This document shows, one piece after another, positions 26,517 to 40,278 of a stretch of 64,000 nt of DNA (the stretch's first letter is position 1; each line of letters begins with the position of its first letter). The stretch is from Eimeria praecox. Lineage: Eukaryota. Where the stretch lies: positions 1,116,001 through 1,180,000 of the forward strand of contig OY986947.1 in the NCBI GenBank assembly GCA_963920595.1, in the 5' to 3' direction. Made by a program: the position numbers and the translations under genes. The notes under the pieces are model-generated. The model made no database searches and was not told where the DNA came from. It worked only from the letters and a program-made list of their open reading frames with translations.

Positions 26517-29500
26517 CTCTGGTAGATACAAACATCAAAACAAAGCCTCCCCAGCCTAACCCCCCCCCCTCCTCCTCCGCCCTGAGCACGTGAAAGGCTC
26601 CTGTGGGATTGCTGGCTGCTACTGCGGGACCCAAAAGATACAGATACAGTTTGAGGCCTCGACCTGCTACAGCAACCTATCCCAAAGACCACTTAGGATG
26701 AGCCTGAGGAAACACTAGGCCTTCCCCTGATGAGAGGCCCTACCTGCAACAGCCTGTACGCGCCACTATACGCGTCATCCAAACCGGAGAAGCCCCTCGG
26801 GCGGCATCAGGCAGCGAGTCAACACCGACGGCCGTTGGAACCCGCGGGAGGACCAGAGCTGCCGGCAGGGGTCAGGGGAGGGCGCTGAGGCGTTCTGAAG
26901 GCACATGCAGACGCCACCAGAGCAAGAAAAGCTGAACAGAGAGGGAAGATCCTCCAAAAAACTAACAAAAACAGAAGCGACGCCGGCTCAAGTGGCGCCG
27001 TGGGGCAGCCGAGGCAGCCCAGACCTAAGAGCAATCAGGGCGAAAAAGGATGTCCAGCCAATTCTTTTGACAAGAATTGATGGGAAAACTTATTATTCCA
27101 TTTTCTCTCAACAAAGAACAACCACCAACTTCTCTCTGAAGTGGACGCTGCTGTGCGCCTACTGCTTGTGCAGCTGAACACCTTACCCATACACTCGGGC
27201 CCCTGTTTGTGTTCTCATTGACAGGATCTGTACACCCTCCTCCTTAGAAATCTCACGTGTTTCTGCAGAATCTTTGCAGTTTTACGTGGGCAAGTCAAAC
27301 GAATTCAGTGGGATAGACGTCTCTCCCCAGAACAAACAGATTCTGCACGTCTTGCAGTGTCTCTATGGCTGTATCCTGTGGCTGCCTTGTCATAGAGCCG
27401 ATTCTCAAGATCAGAAATGAGACACAGGCTGCAGTTGGTTTTCGGAAACTGGAGTGTTTCTTGAGACAAGAGGATTCAATTGCGTATTTATTTTACTCGA
27501 GACAACAACATTTCAAGAGCCGGCGGGTATTTTTGTGTAATCGCGTCTCAAAGAGGCACTACTGAATCGGCTTAAATACGAAAGCTCTTCTCTCTTGCTG
27601 CAATTCTTGCAATCACTTGCTTGTCGAGTATTCTTCGCCAGGCATAGGACTGAAAAACCGTATACATGCATGAAACGAGTCGCGGGGTTGAGTACCGGAG
27701 GGGGATTCTCCTGTGCTAGGTGTGTTACGGTATTCATTGAACTCAAAGATTTGCACAAGTTGTCGTGGGATGGTGGGCAGAGAAACAAAAGAAGAAATAT
27801 GCTATGAAACGCTGCACGATCCTGGGAAACGCGCTGTCTCAGTCCCCTGCAGCGTGTCTTGCTGGCATAAGAAACAGTAGAACATAAATACTTGCTTGAT
27901 TGATTCATAGAGAGCCAAATTCTTGCTTCAGGAGGTAGGAGAAGCGGCTTCAGCTCTAAATAAGTATAGGGGTGTTGCAGACAGTGTGCCTAACAAAGGC
28001 CATGCAGCTGAGGTTCAAGCGCAGCCATGGATACACGAAAACACAGCTTTGCGACAGCTAGATGGTACTCTAGCGACTACACCAGAGAGAAGGGTTCAAT
28101 CCAAAGCTCCAGAACACAGCAGTTCAGTCTTGAGGGTGCAGAGGGACGACAGCGTAGGCCAAGGAGAAGCTCGTGTATCTACTAGGGCTTAGAGATACGG
28201 CCTGATTCTGTGTGCATTCGAACTACAGAAAGCCTTGGCAAACCTCCAGACACCAGACACAAAACAGTTCACTGCTCTCGAGCTGCGAAATGCAAGCGTG
28301 TTGTTGTATATACGGCTGCTGCCGAACTCCCCAAGATGATTCTTGTGGTTCTTCACTGGGTTCGTATCAATAACGCTTTCTTCTAGCTGCACATGTACGG
28401 TGCTAAGGAGCAGTCTGCAACTGTTTACGGAGCGCCTAAGCCATAAGAGCCTCAGCCACAGTGCTTGTGAAGCCTACAGCGGGAGGAGGAATCTGTTTAC
28501 GGTGTTTTTGCGGTTTCTGATCGATATAGAAATCCTCCGAGGAGAACCGGAAGTTCTACGGTGAAGTGTTTCGATTGTTTATTGTAAAGAGTGGCTTTGA
28601 TATGTTGATCCTACGATAAATGCAACCAACAGATACGTAGTTCTTTCTGTGTTGTTTCTTTCGGCTTGTCCAATCAACTCCCTCCTGCACCTCGGCCCTG
28701 TCTAGCACTTCCGTAGTGCTCGGTAGTAGTGTCTTTGTTGTTGTATTATCGCCTTGTTCATGTTATTATGGATTCTTCAGATCTATCGTCTCATGAATTT
28801 AATGCATATCTGAAGCCAACGCATATTTACGGTATACACTGGGTATCCCTATAGCGACGGGCTTCCCCAAATGAGATGCAATGCGAGCACGCACACGCAA
28901 CCGCATTAAAAGATTTATCCCCAAGCGGCCATAGACAAACTAAACTTCCTAGCCCAGCTATGGAGGCGGTGTTGGCGGTGTCGTCATATTGAAACCTTCA
29001 GTGCTTCGCTTGCTGCACCTCCGCCCGCACGTAAGAGCCTGAAGTAGAGGGTTTTTTAACATTATTAGGAACCTTTAGTGCGATGTGAGGTAATTCATCC
29101 GATGACAATCCTTCGAAAGGCCTCCGTAAAGCAGCCGCCTGGAGCTGAAGCTAACTGCTTTCGCCTCTCCCGTCTACACTTGCAAAACACTTGTAGAAAG
29201 CAGCACTCCAAAAACAGCACTGAGGAACTTCATCCCATGAAGGCCCCAACATGGGCACAAGAGCGCATAGATTCTCGTGCTGAAACCCAAATGCTAAACT
29301 TGTACAATATAAACGCGATTAGCGCAAACCCACGGCACTCGGCGATGGATCTATCGGCCTACTGTCGTAGTCCCCGATTGGCTCGCATCGAGCTTGCGTG
29401 TAAACAAACCGAATCGAAGCAGTTAATCAGAGGCAATGTCTGGTGGACGCACGCCAAGAGAAAAAACCCTTGCCCAGAGCAGGTAAGGCGGCAGCATCCC

Positions 29501-30290
29501 AAGCTTGCAAGTTGCTGTTTTAGCTATTTCCCTTCACACACCCCTTCTTTATTGGCTTGTCTACTGCGCTCTGATGTGAAAGTACCATTTCGTCTAGCCA
29601 CTCTTCTTAATTGTAGGATTCATCAGTGTACACGTGTAGTGGGCCGGTAAAACTCTAAGGCTGCTGGAAGTTGCTTAGGACGTCGGGATCTGAAGCAATT
29701 ACAAAAAACTTGAATTAAATGCTTTGTGAGAAAGCAACATTGACACATATCTGAATTTCACGCTGCTGCAAGGTGGCGGCGGCCTGCTCGTCCTCTGGGG
29801 AGCCGACGCGCAAACTGTCTACGAACTGTCTGCTAGGCGTTCTAGTCCTTCAACCCATCTGCAAATACTTTGAAGAGCTGTCCCAGTTTTGAAATATAGC
29901 GAAATAAATGGATTTGAGGGCCTTCCCCTCCCCTCCAGGCTTCGCAATACGCTTTGCTGCCTTGGGTGCCTCGAAACAGCAACCCCACATGAACTGCGCA
30001 CTAGATTTGTCTAAAATGGTGACGGGTTGGTACATATCCTCTCTAGTTTTCATTCAGTTTGCGATTGATAACTGAGGGGTTTTAAAAGGATTATTATTAG
30101 GGCGGCTGCGGCAGACGCGTCAAATACGCAACGCATGACCAGAGGAGGCTGACGGCCGCCCGCTATCGGGGGGAGAAAACGTGAAAAACTCGGGAAAATA
30201 GAAGATAAACACGAAACAACGCATATTTCATGGCTAACATTAGCGTGCAAAGTGCTCTTGTTGCGAGGCTTCATCGTTCTTCCCTGAAAA

Positions 30291-33200
30291 ATGGTCCAAG
30301 TACCACCCGATTGCCCAATATGTTGCGAACCATTAACTGCAGATTTGGTGGCCCCATCGAAATGCGGCCACATATACCATCAGAAATGGTAAGTAAGCTT
30401 ATCTGCATTAGCTAGGAATGAGTTTCGTGGGAGAGGCAGTATCATGCGCTCCCCCGAGCGGCTTGGCGAATGGTCTGGAGGCTTAGTGTTGATGGCAGGA
30501 GCTTTGTTTTGTTGTTTTGTCTTCCGTGCATGCGCAGCTTGAAGCGTTGGCTAGCTTCTCCAAGCGGAATTCCAGGCAGACGTTGCCCCATGTGCAGAAC
30601 CTCATGTAGAGCTTCAGAGGTCGTCGGTCTTCAGTTTGAATTAACGCAGCCTTCTGCCAATCCGGGTAAAGCCTATTCGCATAATCATGAAATGCCCGAA
30701 GAGCACATCCATCCCGCCGTCTTAGGGGGCAGAAAAAGGAGATCTTGTTGCTTTCTTCCCCGGTGAAAATTGAACTGAAGAAACAGCGTTCTGTTTGGGT
30801 TGTTCCTCCTCAGACCCCGACGGTACAGAAAATGAAAGCCCATCTGTTCTTCAGGTCAGTTTTGCTGCTGCTAGTTTCAGTCAGCATATTGTATTTTCGG
30901 GCAAGCAAACATGGATTTTGGTCCTGGGTAAAGGAATCAGGACGCATTTAGTTGCGTGGATTTGCGTCAGACTCGTCTGTCAATGGCCAAGGAAAATCTC
31001 AATGCGCTGATGAGGGCCGATGCAGAACGCACGAGGGAGTTCATTGAGCTGAAAGTAAGCCTAGCCAACACAGTTTAGCAGGAAGCAACCCCTTTCAAGT
31101 GACCGGTCAGTTACCCTTTCACACCCGTTGTTCCAGGTCTATATAGAGGCCTACAGGCTAGCTGTTTGACCCCCTTTCCCTTGGGCTTCGCTGGACTTGC
31201 TTTGCCCACTTCCATGTCTGTATATAATCAATAGAGAGCTCATGGCTTATGGTAAAGTATCTTGCAGCCGGAGCAAAGCACTAGTTTTTCTCGGGCGTGG
31301 AAGCATCTCGTATTCTGAAGGGGATGTTTCAGATTTCTTTCTCGTCTGCTCACTCAGAATGCGTGTTTGGCCGTGTATGACTGTGTGACAGGACCGCGTG
31401 GAGTCGCTTCAGCGGGAGGTAGGTTCTCATTTGCTGAGGGCTTCTCAAGCAGAGGCGCGAGTATCAGACTTCCGCTCACGACTTATTCGGGCCCACGCCT
31501 GCAGAGAACGCCTGACTACGGAGCTGCAGCAAATGAAAAAGGAGCTTGTCTTGCAAAACACTAGAAGACACTAGTGAGACTTCCACTCTGATGCATGCAT
31601 GCCCAGGGACAGTATATATGGCGCATATTCTGTATTTATGCGTTATGAATGCATTGTGTGCATGCCATGAAGTCTTAACTACTCTAGAGTGAAAGGACAT
31701 TTGTACCAGCTCCTTCCCTTATTGTATGCTTGGGATTTCTCTCCCCTGTTGCATGCTTCATCTACAGTTTGGCAGAAGCCGCTACGATGAGCGAGGCAAG
31801 AGCGCTAGAGTTCCTTCAGGAGAAAAGCGGCGTGAGCAGGAACCTCTTCTGCTGACCTGACGCCCAAGCCTACACCCCAAACCCTAGGGGATCTATTGTG
31901 GAGGTTTTCTCTAGATGTGCTGAGGCGCGATATGCATGGCGCAGCCTGGCTGTATAACTGCTGCTTGCCACCTGTTAGACAAGTCGGAACTGTGGGGGAA
32001 CATCGAAAGCAACTCACTTGCTGTTGTACTGTGCGGATCGTTGCAGGAGGACATCTCCAGTGCTCTGCGGTTGCAACACAGTGTCATCTGTGAGCTTCAG
32101 AGGTGAGGAGGGGAAAGTAAACATATAAGGCCGTAAGGTAATACGTTAAAGCGTGAGACGATTAGTGCGATTGTCACGTAAGACTTGGCTGGTTGGCTCC
32201 GTTAGCTTGTCCTTGTAGCGACACCGGTGAACCATACTTTGCATACTTTGCAGCGTGTGCCTTTAGGGGCACTTTGATAATCAAGCCCGTAAAGGTCTCC
32301 ATCGGACTCCTCCTTTTGGGTGGCCAAGAAACTGAAGCGAGGGCATGGTCTGACAGGCAATTGTGTTGTGGATATGTATCTCGGGTGTCTGCAGTGAAAA
32401 TGCACGGCTAAAATCTGAGAAGATGGAGCAGATACGGCATTTTAAGGCAGCGATACAGCAAAAGGATTCTTTGATAAGACGGTAACTAATGCACGTTGCA
32501 AGGATAGAACACTTTCTTGTCCGTGACAGCATGCATGCATCCTCTGTTTTTTTCTCCCTTTGCGTGTTGCTGCAGCTTGAGCACGACTGAGACGACGCTT
32601 TCCCCATCCTCGTGAGCAGCAGGCACTTGAATTGTGTCCTAAAGACTCGCCGCAGTTTGTCTTCAGTCCATAAAGGCGCGTGCGCGCGGTCCCTGGACAC
32701 AGAGTAAGCATTTCACTTGTTGGGTTTTCTGCAGAAAAGCGGCAGCGACGGCGAGCGGAAGGGAAGCCCCAGTTACAAGACGGCCGAGACCGTCTGCAGC
32801 CGCTCCAATCACTTCGTCCCCCAGACCAGGTGCCCCGCCAGCAGCCCTTCCCACGCGTAACGACACGAACTCTTCCTCCTCTCGAGAGCTGCGGGTAGCC
32901 GTAACCGGAGGCGTGGCAGTTGGACGGCGAAGACGAGACACAGACACTTCAACCGCTTCGCACAAGACAAGTGTGACTCGCAGCACACATCCAGCCTCCT
33001 TAGGAAGCTCTGAGCCTAAAGTACGCGCCTCTGTCAGCATACATTCTTCCTCGAGAGGCCAAGCGCGTCTTCCCGCTGCGTCTGCCGGCTCTGGAGCAGT
33101 TTCGTCTTCAGTTGCTCGCCCCAAAGCCGCCTCTCGTCCTTCGGTTTGCCCCAAAGCAACGGCGATTTCAGTTTCTAGCCACAGAGCATCTCCTCGTTTG

Positions 33201-33540
33201 CCTAGGGTTGTTGAGGCGAAGAGCCGTCGCGGCACGCCGCTAGCCGGGCAGGGCGGAGACGGACAGGGATCGCACACGAACTCCCTTAAACGTGCAAATA
33301 CACTACCCGCATCTCAGAAGATAAGAGAATGCACAACAAAGACAGTCCCAAAGGATATCGTTGTAAAAGGCCAAATCTGCGTATCACCATTGGGTGGGGT
33401 TGGAGTTGGCTTGGGGTCGGTTCTCGTTGTGCTATTCTTACTTGCAGCTTTGTCTTGGGGCGTAGGGCTGCACGATAAGCTCCTTGACGCTTCTGTTTAA
33501 ACCGCATCGTATGCTTATGCCAACAGATGCATGCGCATAA
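30291..33540 (+). CDS. RING-H2 E3 ubiquitin ligase with coiled coil, TRAIP-like (copy 2); 3' end uncertain
   Basis: MVQVPPDCPICCEPLTADLVAPSKCGHIYHQKC|LKRWLASPSGIPGRRCPMCRTS, then in-frame exons DPDGTENESPSVLQ|TRLSMAKE..|DRVESLQRE..|YLAEAATM..|EDISSALRLQHSVICELQ|SENARLKSEKMEQ..|..|KAAATASGR.. joining ORF 32913-33500. Confidence 0.8.
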
Positions 33541-34077
33541 GTTGTTTTGTTTTGATGCGCATGCGTTCTTGTGTGAGTGTAAGTGCCCTAACGCCCGCTT
33601 GTGTGCGTAATATTCGTGTGCAACATTGATATGCAGGGCCACGTGTTTGTGTATGCAGAGAAATGCACGCGCGCGTGTTATGTGAGCATGCCTGCACGCA
33701 TAATTATACATATATGTGTTTATAAAGCTGTGCGTGCATATATATGTATAAGCGTTATATATTATGTACAATGAGTAGAATATCGGCATACCTCGCCGAT
33801 CTTGATGAGGAAGTGCCACGAGAGGCGGTTTCTTTCAGCGTGTCACTGCGGTGATTCCGCTTAGAATGAATAACGGGTATATATAGAGCAACAGGAATCG
33901 AGAAAATTACTCCAATGCTTGATGAATAGCTCGAGATTTGAAGCTCGAGGCGTTCGGCCATGCCTCCCCGAACTTTAGCGGTTGCGCGTGATTGGCATCT
34001 TGTTTTCCTCATAACTCGTCATTTCTCTATCATATACTAACTAAAAACTACTGAAATTCATATCCCAGGCCTCGATA

Positions 34078-34131
<54 letters not shown>

Positions 34132-34799
34132 TTAGAACTATGCATGCAAGCGTGTGCACTCAAGTGGTTCAAACGCAAGCGTAGAAGTGCAATCGGCAGT
34201 AGGCGAATTTAGCTATGTGGGCACGCGTGCATGAGCATCTCTTTCCAGATGCTCTTAACTGCGTCTTCCCATACGTGTACACATGTTTATCCAGATGTTC
34301 AGTAACATGTTCTCAAGCCAGAAGAGCAGCAGGCGAATTCAGTTCGTTTGCTCTTCATGCAATATATGTCGTGTCTTCATAAATCCGCATGCCATAAAGT
34401 CGGCGTACGCGTAAGAGCACACTTCCTTTTATTGCATAGAATCTATCCCCAGCAGCAGCCAGCAGTTAGCTCACTTCGCATACCGGATTCTCCCACAGAA
34501 TCGACGCCTCTTAAGGCCTACACTTCGAGCTACTTGGAGAGTGCCTTTCCCGGTGCAGGGGCGAATATTTTTTATAAGCTCCCTACTATTCTAAGCACTG
34601 TGGACTTGACACTCCACACATCTACCGGCTACCATCATCCAGTGTGGCGCACGTCGTCATGACGTATTTGGGCTTCCTAGCCAGCAATTACAAGCACTGC
34701 TCACCACCAATCCCGCCTTTTCAAAACCCTGGTTCCACTGGGCACATTACTACCTTAACACACTAAAATAAAGCACCCCCTACGTCCAACACATAGAGA

Positions 34800-35300
34800 G
34801 ATTACAGATATCTCAACTGGACAACTACTCACGCCTTCGGCTGCACGCTTCACCTCACTCAGCTAATTGACGCCCAGCTGTCGTACCAGAGGGCGGGATG
34901 CTCTAGGCGTTTCAATAAAGCGTCACAATGCCTCCCTCCAATCCTGCCCTGCGGGTCACTATTGTACAGGCTCATGAGGCCAGATCCCTCGCTTGGCCTT
35001 GTGAGCATGTTTCATCATATCCCTGGCTTTACTGTATGTGCTAGAGCTCGCAGTCCTCAGATGGCTCACACCCCGCTACAGGTGCGCGAGATTACCGATA
35101 TAACTACCCTTCCCACTAGTGCGCGAATGGGTACAGCCCGGACCCACCCGTCTTTTGGCTGGTTAACGGGCACGCGCCTGTCATTATTCCATTTCATACT
35201 GCAGACACACAAAACGACGATGACATCCCACGGAGAGAAAACCTTTCCGCGCAGGCAGCCATGTGTGCTACAAATCCATAATTACTCTCCCCCACCCCAG
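34800..35300 (+). mobile_element. Possible degenerate gypsy integrase remnant E
   Basis: Plus: RLMRPDPSLGLVSMFHH..SPQMAH resembles GLLQPLPIP..VSMDF..SKMAH. Weak and frameshifted. Confidence 0.3.
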
Positions 35301-36339
35301 AAATTCGAACCTCCAAATGCGCCCTTAAAACAAAGATGGTCACGACTTGCGCTTCCAACGGGCTTCTAGGCCCATCCTCCCTACGTCTTGGGGTTGGCAA
35401 CACTGCTGTTCTTTTAGATGCTTCACTGTGATGAGGAGCAAGGCATCCCAGCAATTACAGATTGTTACTGCACCCCTGGCAGTCCCATTCTAGTTCTCAA
35501 CGCTTCTTCGTCGCCTCTTAAAACACCCTCACGTCGAATGACGTACAGTAAATACTCAGTTCAAGTTATATAGATGTCCGCGTGATGCAAAGCACACTGA
35601 TGCAAAGCATATTGGCATTCATGCGAAGTGAACAACCAGCTAGTAAGCCGCTCGCCTACCCAGCACTTCATTATGGCCTTGCGTCGGTGCCACACTTCAC
35701 AATTTTCCCTCTCAAGACGAAACCGAGGGACACCTGACATGGTCACGACTACATTTCTACTTCGTGGAGCGGCCTGCATAGGTGCATGCAAATGATGTAC
35801 GCGTAGCCATCCTAAACTGTAGATATCTTCAGATAGAGGGCGTCCTCTAACTCTGATTCATCCTGCGTCGGACTGCTAGGCGCACCAAGCATGTATGCTG
35901 TACACATTCCTGCACTGTTGCCAAACTGGCACTCTCCTTCTTCCCGAAACCTACACTGCACGTGAATACTTCTTCTGTACGCATTCTTCTACTAATCTGT
36001 GCGCCTCTCCCCATGGAGGCCTTTCTACAACACTCGTTCGTGCGGTTTTGATTTGGTGAGCAAACCAAACATGCAATGTCTATACGTTCCTGCAATGCTG
36101 TTTAACTGGCTGTCTCCTTCTTTCGCGTAGACAAAAATCTCTTTCAAAAAGAAATCTCCTGGTACCCCTAGTACCGGTTGAATCTGCATAGTTCCATCGG
36201 AGAAACGCTTGTTACAGTTGAGTGCTGGCGCAAGAAAAGCTACCACTGGTAGCCATAAAGCTGCGTCTGTAGCAAGCGTGTGCGCGTTAGACCACCTCAG
36301 CTCTGCAGTATTAAAGAGAGGGTAGCTACGCCTGAAGCA

Positions 36340-39300
36340 TCATTTCTTCTGCTCTTTCTTGCCAAAGGCCACCTTAATGTAATTATTGAACTCGCCGTCC
36401 CCAAATATAAACATGTGGTCTAAATTTTTGAACGCCTTCACCTCGAAAGTCGATGACCATCCTGCACAAACTGAGAGGGACCTCAGAGGAACAGTGTCAT
36501 CCCCAACGTCGAGCACTCTGTATAGAATCCACAGGGCACAAAGCATGCGCACTCTGAGGGGAAGCAGCGTTAACACCCTCTAAAACCTCATAAGCCGTGA
36601 AGACAACAAGAGAAACAGAAGACTGCACATCCAAGCGAAATAAAGCCACGGGCAGACCATCCCGCAACGGCGTGCAGGCGTCCGCACCCTTCCTATTCGG
36701 GGTTGCGTCTGAGCACGTTAGCCTCTCCGGCAGCAATATGTGTGTCTACGTGGAGCAGGCTGCACCAGCTACTACCGTTTTAGGCTGTGCGGAGATTCTT
36801 GATAGTGCTATCCTACGGAATAGGCTTGCGCGAAAGGTCCTGTCCCGTGTAAATATAGCCAATATCAGTAGAAGGGAAGCCAAAAACACTCCAAATGCAC
36901 CTCGTCGGAACCTACGAAGGGAGATACTCGGCAGAACGCGCACACAGCCATATGTTCATCCGCTTTTCCGACGCTAGTACGGAAGTTAACTGGCTTGCAA
37001 GTAAGCAGCACTCTCTCCAGTTAAAGCTGGGATACTGGAATAAGCTAGCAAGTAAGCCTTTGCCTCGGCATATACACTGTTCACTGTCCTCCGTGAAGCA
37101 ATTCCCGATGAACAGGCAACAGCCCCTTCTCACCCCCGGGTCCTTTAAGATCCCCTGCATATGCTTTCTGGCTGTTTCCGCACGAACTCGCAGTTCTGGC
37201 TCCAACAAAGTCGTCCAGTTGCCCAAGGTGTAAATAACTTCTTCGAAGTCTTCGGCTTCTGCGGCCAACATATGGTCCATCGCTGCTATCCTCTTCTGTG
37301 CCTCTGCTGCATAACTTTGCACCTGCAGCGTCCGCTGCTCGGCCTGCGAATTACTCGTCTCCTGCACCACCTTTTCCCGCTCCTGCTCCGTACGTGGAGA
37401 GATTCCATCCGGTTCTGTCTTTCTGTCTCCCTGCGTAAGCGGCTTCACAGTTTGCTGCCCCCCTTCGCCCATCTGCGCTGCTTCTGCTAGTCTTCTGAAC
37501 TCAAGAGTGCGGCCGCCACCTGCCACACTGGTCTGACCCGGTCCATGCGAGTCCTCTTCCACAGGAGTAGAGACTCCCGGTTTCTTGGGTATCAGCTGCC
37601 GTACAACTAAATGGTCTTGTCCATAGAGCTGAATGCCGTAACAGGAACAGTAAGTCCACAGTTCCAGCTCCCCAAACACGCACCTTTTGGAAGACAGTGA
37701 GGAAGCATGAGTACGCATGGGGGTGCATTTCCATGTATTCACCCACACAGAGAATAAACGGAATAGATGGGGGTGTGCCTAACAGTTAGTGTACTTTGTC
37801 ATGCATTCCTTACGTCGATATCGGGCAGGAGGGCATAGATCGAACCGAGGCTGCGGGAGAGGTCCCGTAAAATGTCCACAGGAATAAGACTGATATCCAG
37901 AAGAGTCCAAAATGTCAAGTCAACCGGGTCATTATAACTTGAAAGCAGCGACAAAGCAATCAAAGCAGAAAGGAAGGAAGACTTATCTCAAAACGCCACC
38001 AGTTCTGGCAGTCTAGATATGCCTCCCCGACCCTCTTGCTTACCCCCAATTCTGCCTCCTTTCGCGTCGTGCTATCTACTTGTTAGATAAACACAAATGC
38101 AGGAATAGGTGTATCCGGATGCATACACAGCATGTGAACCGTAACTCATCCAAGGGAGAGTAACCAAAACCCCTTATTCTGACGGCATGGCGTCTCACCC
38201 AGTAAGAATGGCTTTGATGGCTTTAAAACTTCCTCCAGTCGCCGGAGCGACGAGGGTGTATGAGTTGATGTATTTGTCTTTCCACTGCTGGTCAACCACT
38301 TTATTAAGAAAATAATTGAAGACAATAGACCCTAGACTGTGCACTAACACGTCCGCTTTCGCTCCTCCCATGGCTTCAACACGTGTTTCAATCTCGGACT
38401 TCAGGCGGACAAAATCCATCTGCAGTTTCAACCGCACATCACAGAACTTACTATTTCAAGAATTGCTACCCCGCATATCTCCGATGTGTGCCTGTACATC
38501 TTGTCCATGCTGACGCCCCGCCTCCCCTTCTCCCTCTCCCAACCAGATACCAATGTCACGACACAATGAACCCCCTGGCTACACACCCTTCTGATCCTCC
38601 CCGCTACTGCAGTGCTTAGGGCTTCACTCTCTGTTGCAACTGCTTTGCTGCAACCGTTTTGCTGCAATGTGCACATGCCTAAAAGGGATCAGAAGCAACT
38701 CGCCTGCCACGGTGGAAGGCGCCAATCATACGGTATGCCTATTAGGGAGTTGCCATCCTGGTACCCCATCGAATAGAAGGTGCGTAGCATCATGTGAAAG
38801 TATGCCGTCCCAGGCACCCCAAACCGTTCGTTGTAGAAGTAGTCCAAATAATCGAAACCGTGGGCGGTCCCATAGCTGTCTACCTGGAAAGGCACAGCGA
38901 AGAACTTGCCGGGAACATGCAGCCTACGAGAATGCATTCCCAGAAAGTGTGAGTTAAAGAGTTAAGTGACTAAGAGCACAGTGGAAATGCTCATGGAAGA
39001 AAACATATCCTTATTTCATCTGCCATTTAGATCCGTCTCTACGTCTATCATGCAAGGATATCGTGCGTGCAAACGCCCATGTGAACACAGAAGGGTTCCA
39101 TATGGGCGCTGGTGTACCTCAATGTTGACTCCTTCCTTACTGGCGTATGTTTCTCCCTTCTCATCTGCAGTTGGCTGCATGATATCCATCCAACACAGCT
39201 GGTGCGAACGCGGAGGCCTCACGAGGGACAAAGAGGCCCACAGTCTGAAGGGCACGAGAAACGTGACGGGTAAAGAGCTGCAAAGGGGAAGTGTAGCGTT

Positions 39301-39573
39301 CTTGGCAGTGACCATTAGGCCGCTTCCTGCTACTCCGGGGAGCATGAAGATTGGATGTTCAGGGGTACTTGCTGCGCACGCTGCATCTCCCCCGTTTTGC
39401 CGTCCAAATCCATCACAGTCAGTCAAAAGGATTGGTGTCTCAGCACACAACACAAGAGGCTGGAGGTGGATGAAAACATAAAAAACACAAAAAATGCAAA
39501 ACAAGACGCGGAATGCCGCGTGCCGCCGGGTATGTCCGGGGGCTGGCAGGCGGGTTTTCTTATCAGCAGGCAT
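36340..39573 (-). CDS. LCAT: LCAT / group XV phospholipase A2 family acyltransferase, secreted
   Basis: Hydrophobic N-terminal segment; motifs PIFMLPGVAGS, FRLW, GIPYDWRL, VHSLG (nucleophile Ser), WKDKYI..GGS, GDDTVPLRSL (Asp), LDH (His). Multi-exon; stop at 36340. Confidence 0.9.
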
Positions 39574-40278
39574 CTCCACGATGATGAACCCCCAAAATAT
39601 CTAGACACGCTTTTCTAACACCACATTACGTTCATCTTTGCTGCCTAAACGAGCAAAAATTCCCGTTAGGAAGAGGACGCAAGCGCCATGGACAAAAGGA
39701 ACTGTGCAAGCCTAAGCCTGCAGGTAGAAGGGGTATAAAGGTATAGCTAAAACAGACCAGAAGATAACTAACAGCTTCCATAGAAGAAAACACACATTTG
39801 CTGTCCTTATTTGCATGCATTCCCTCTGGAAGCCTTTGTTGCGACGAGCGGTCCGGTGCACAGACCGCTCGGGGGGATGGAAGCCTCGAGGCGCTCTTGC
39901 ATTGAGTGTGCGGCAAACTCATGGCAAAAAAGTTGACTGTAGTTCTGTTTATTAACAAGTTAACGGGAGGATTACCTTCTTTCCAAGCCATTGGAGCAGC
40001 AAGACAGTCTTCTTCAGCAGCTTACCGTTTCCACTGCCTTGGAGCCACACACCTCCAGTGGATCTGCAACAGCGGATGATTCTCCTTGTATTTACTTTTT
40101 AAAGTAAGAAGCCTGGGTTTATACAGTTATGCAGGAACCTGAGAGCAGACGCAGTGTCACGAGACTCACTCTTCAGCTTGACTGTTCGGTCCAGCAAAAG
40201 TCACCTTCGTGCAGGTTTGAAAGACTGTGCTTTGCGTCTGTCTGTTTGCCTCTGCTTCTGCTAGGCCGTGAAGCAAAC
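39574..40278. promoter_or_regulatory. Short putative bidirectional promoter between LCAT and the small chromodomain gene
   Basis: Divergent ATGs about 700 bp apart; TGCATGCA at ~39812. Confidence 0.4.

Noticed and set aside
27200..29700. Short ORFs or a further retroelement between Chromo1 and RING copy 2
   Set aside because: No recognisable protein or pol motifs by eye; left unannotated.
33380..33500. C-terminal TM helix on RING copy 2 from ORF read-through
   Set aside because: The hydrophobic stretch follows a plausible donor at ~33381 and looks like translated intron; it needs transcript data.
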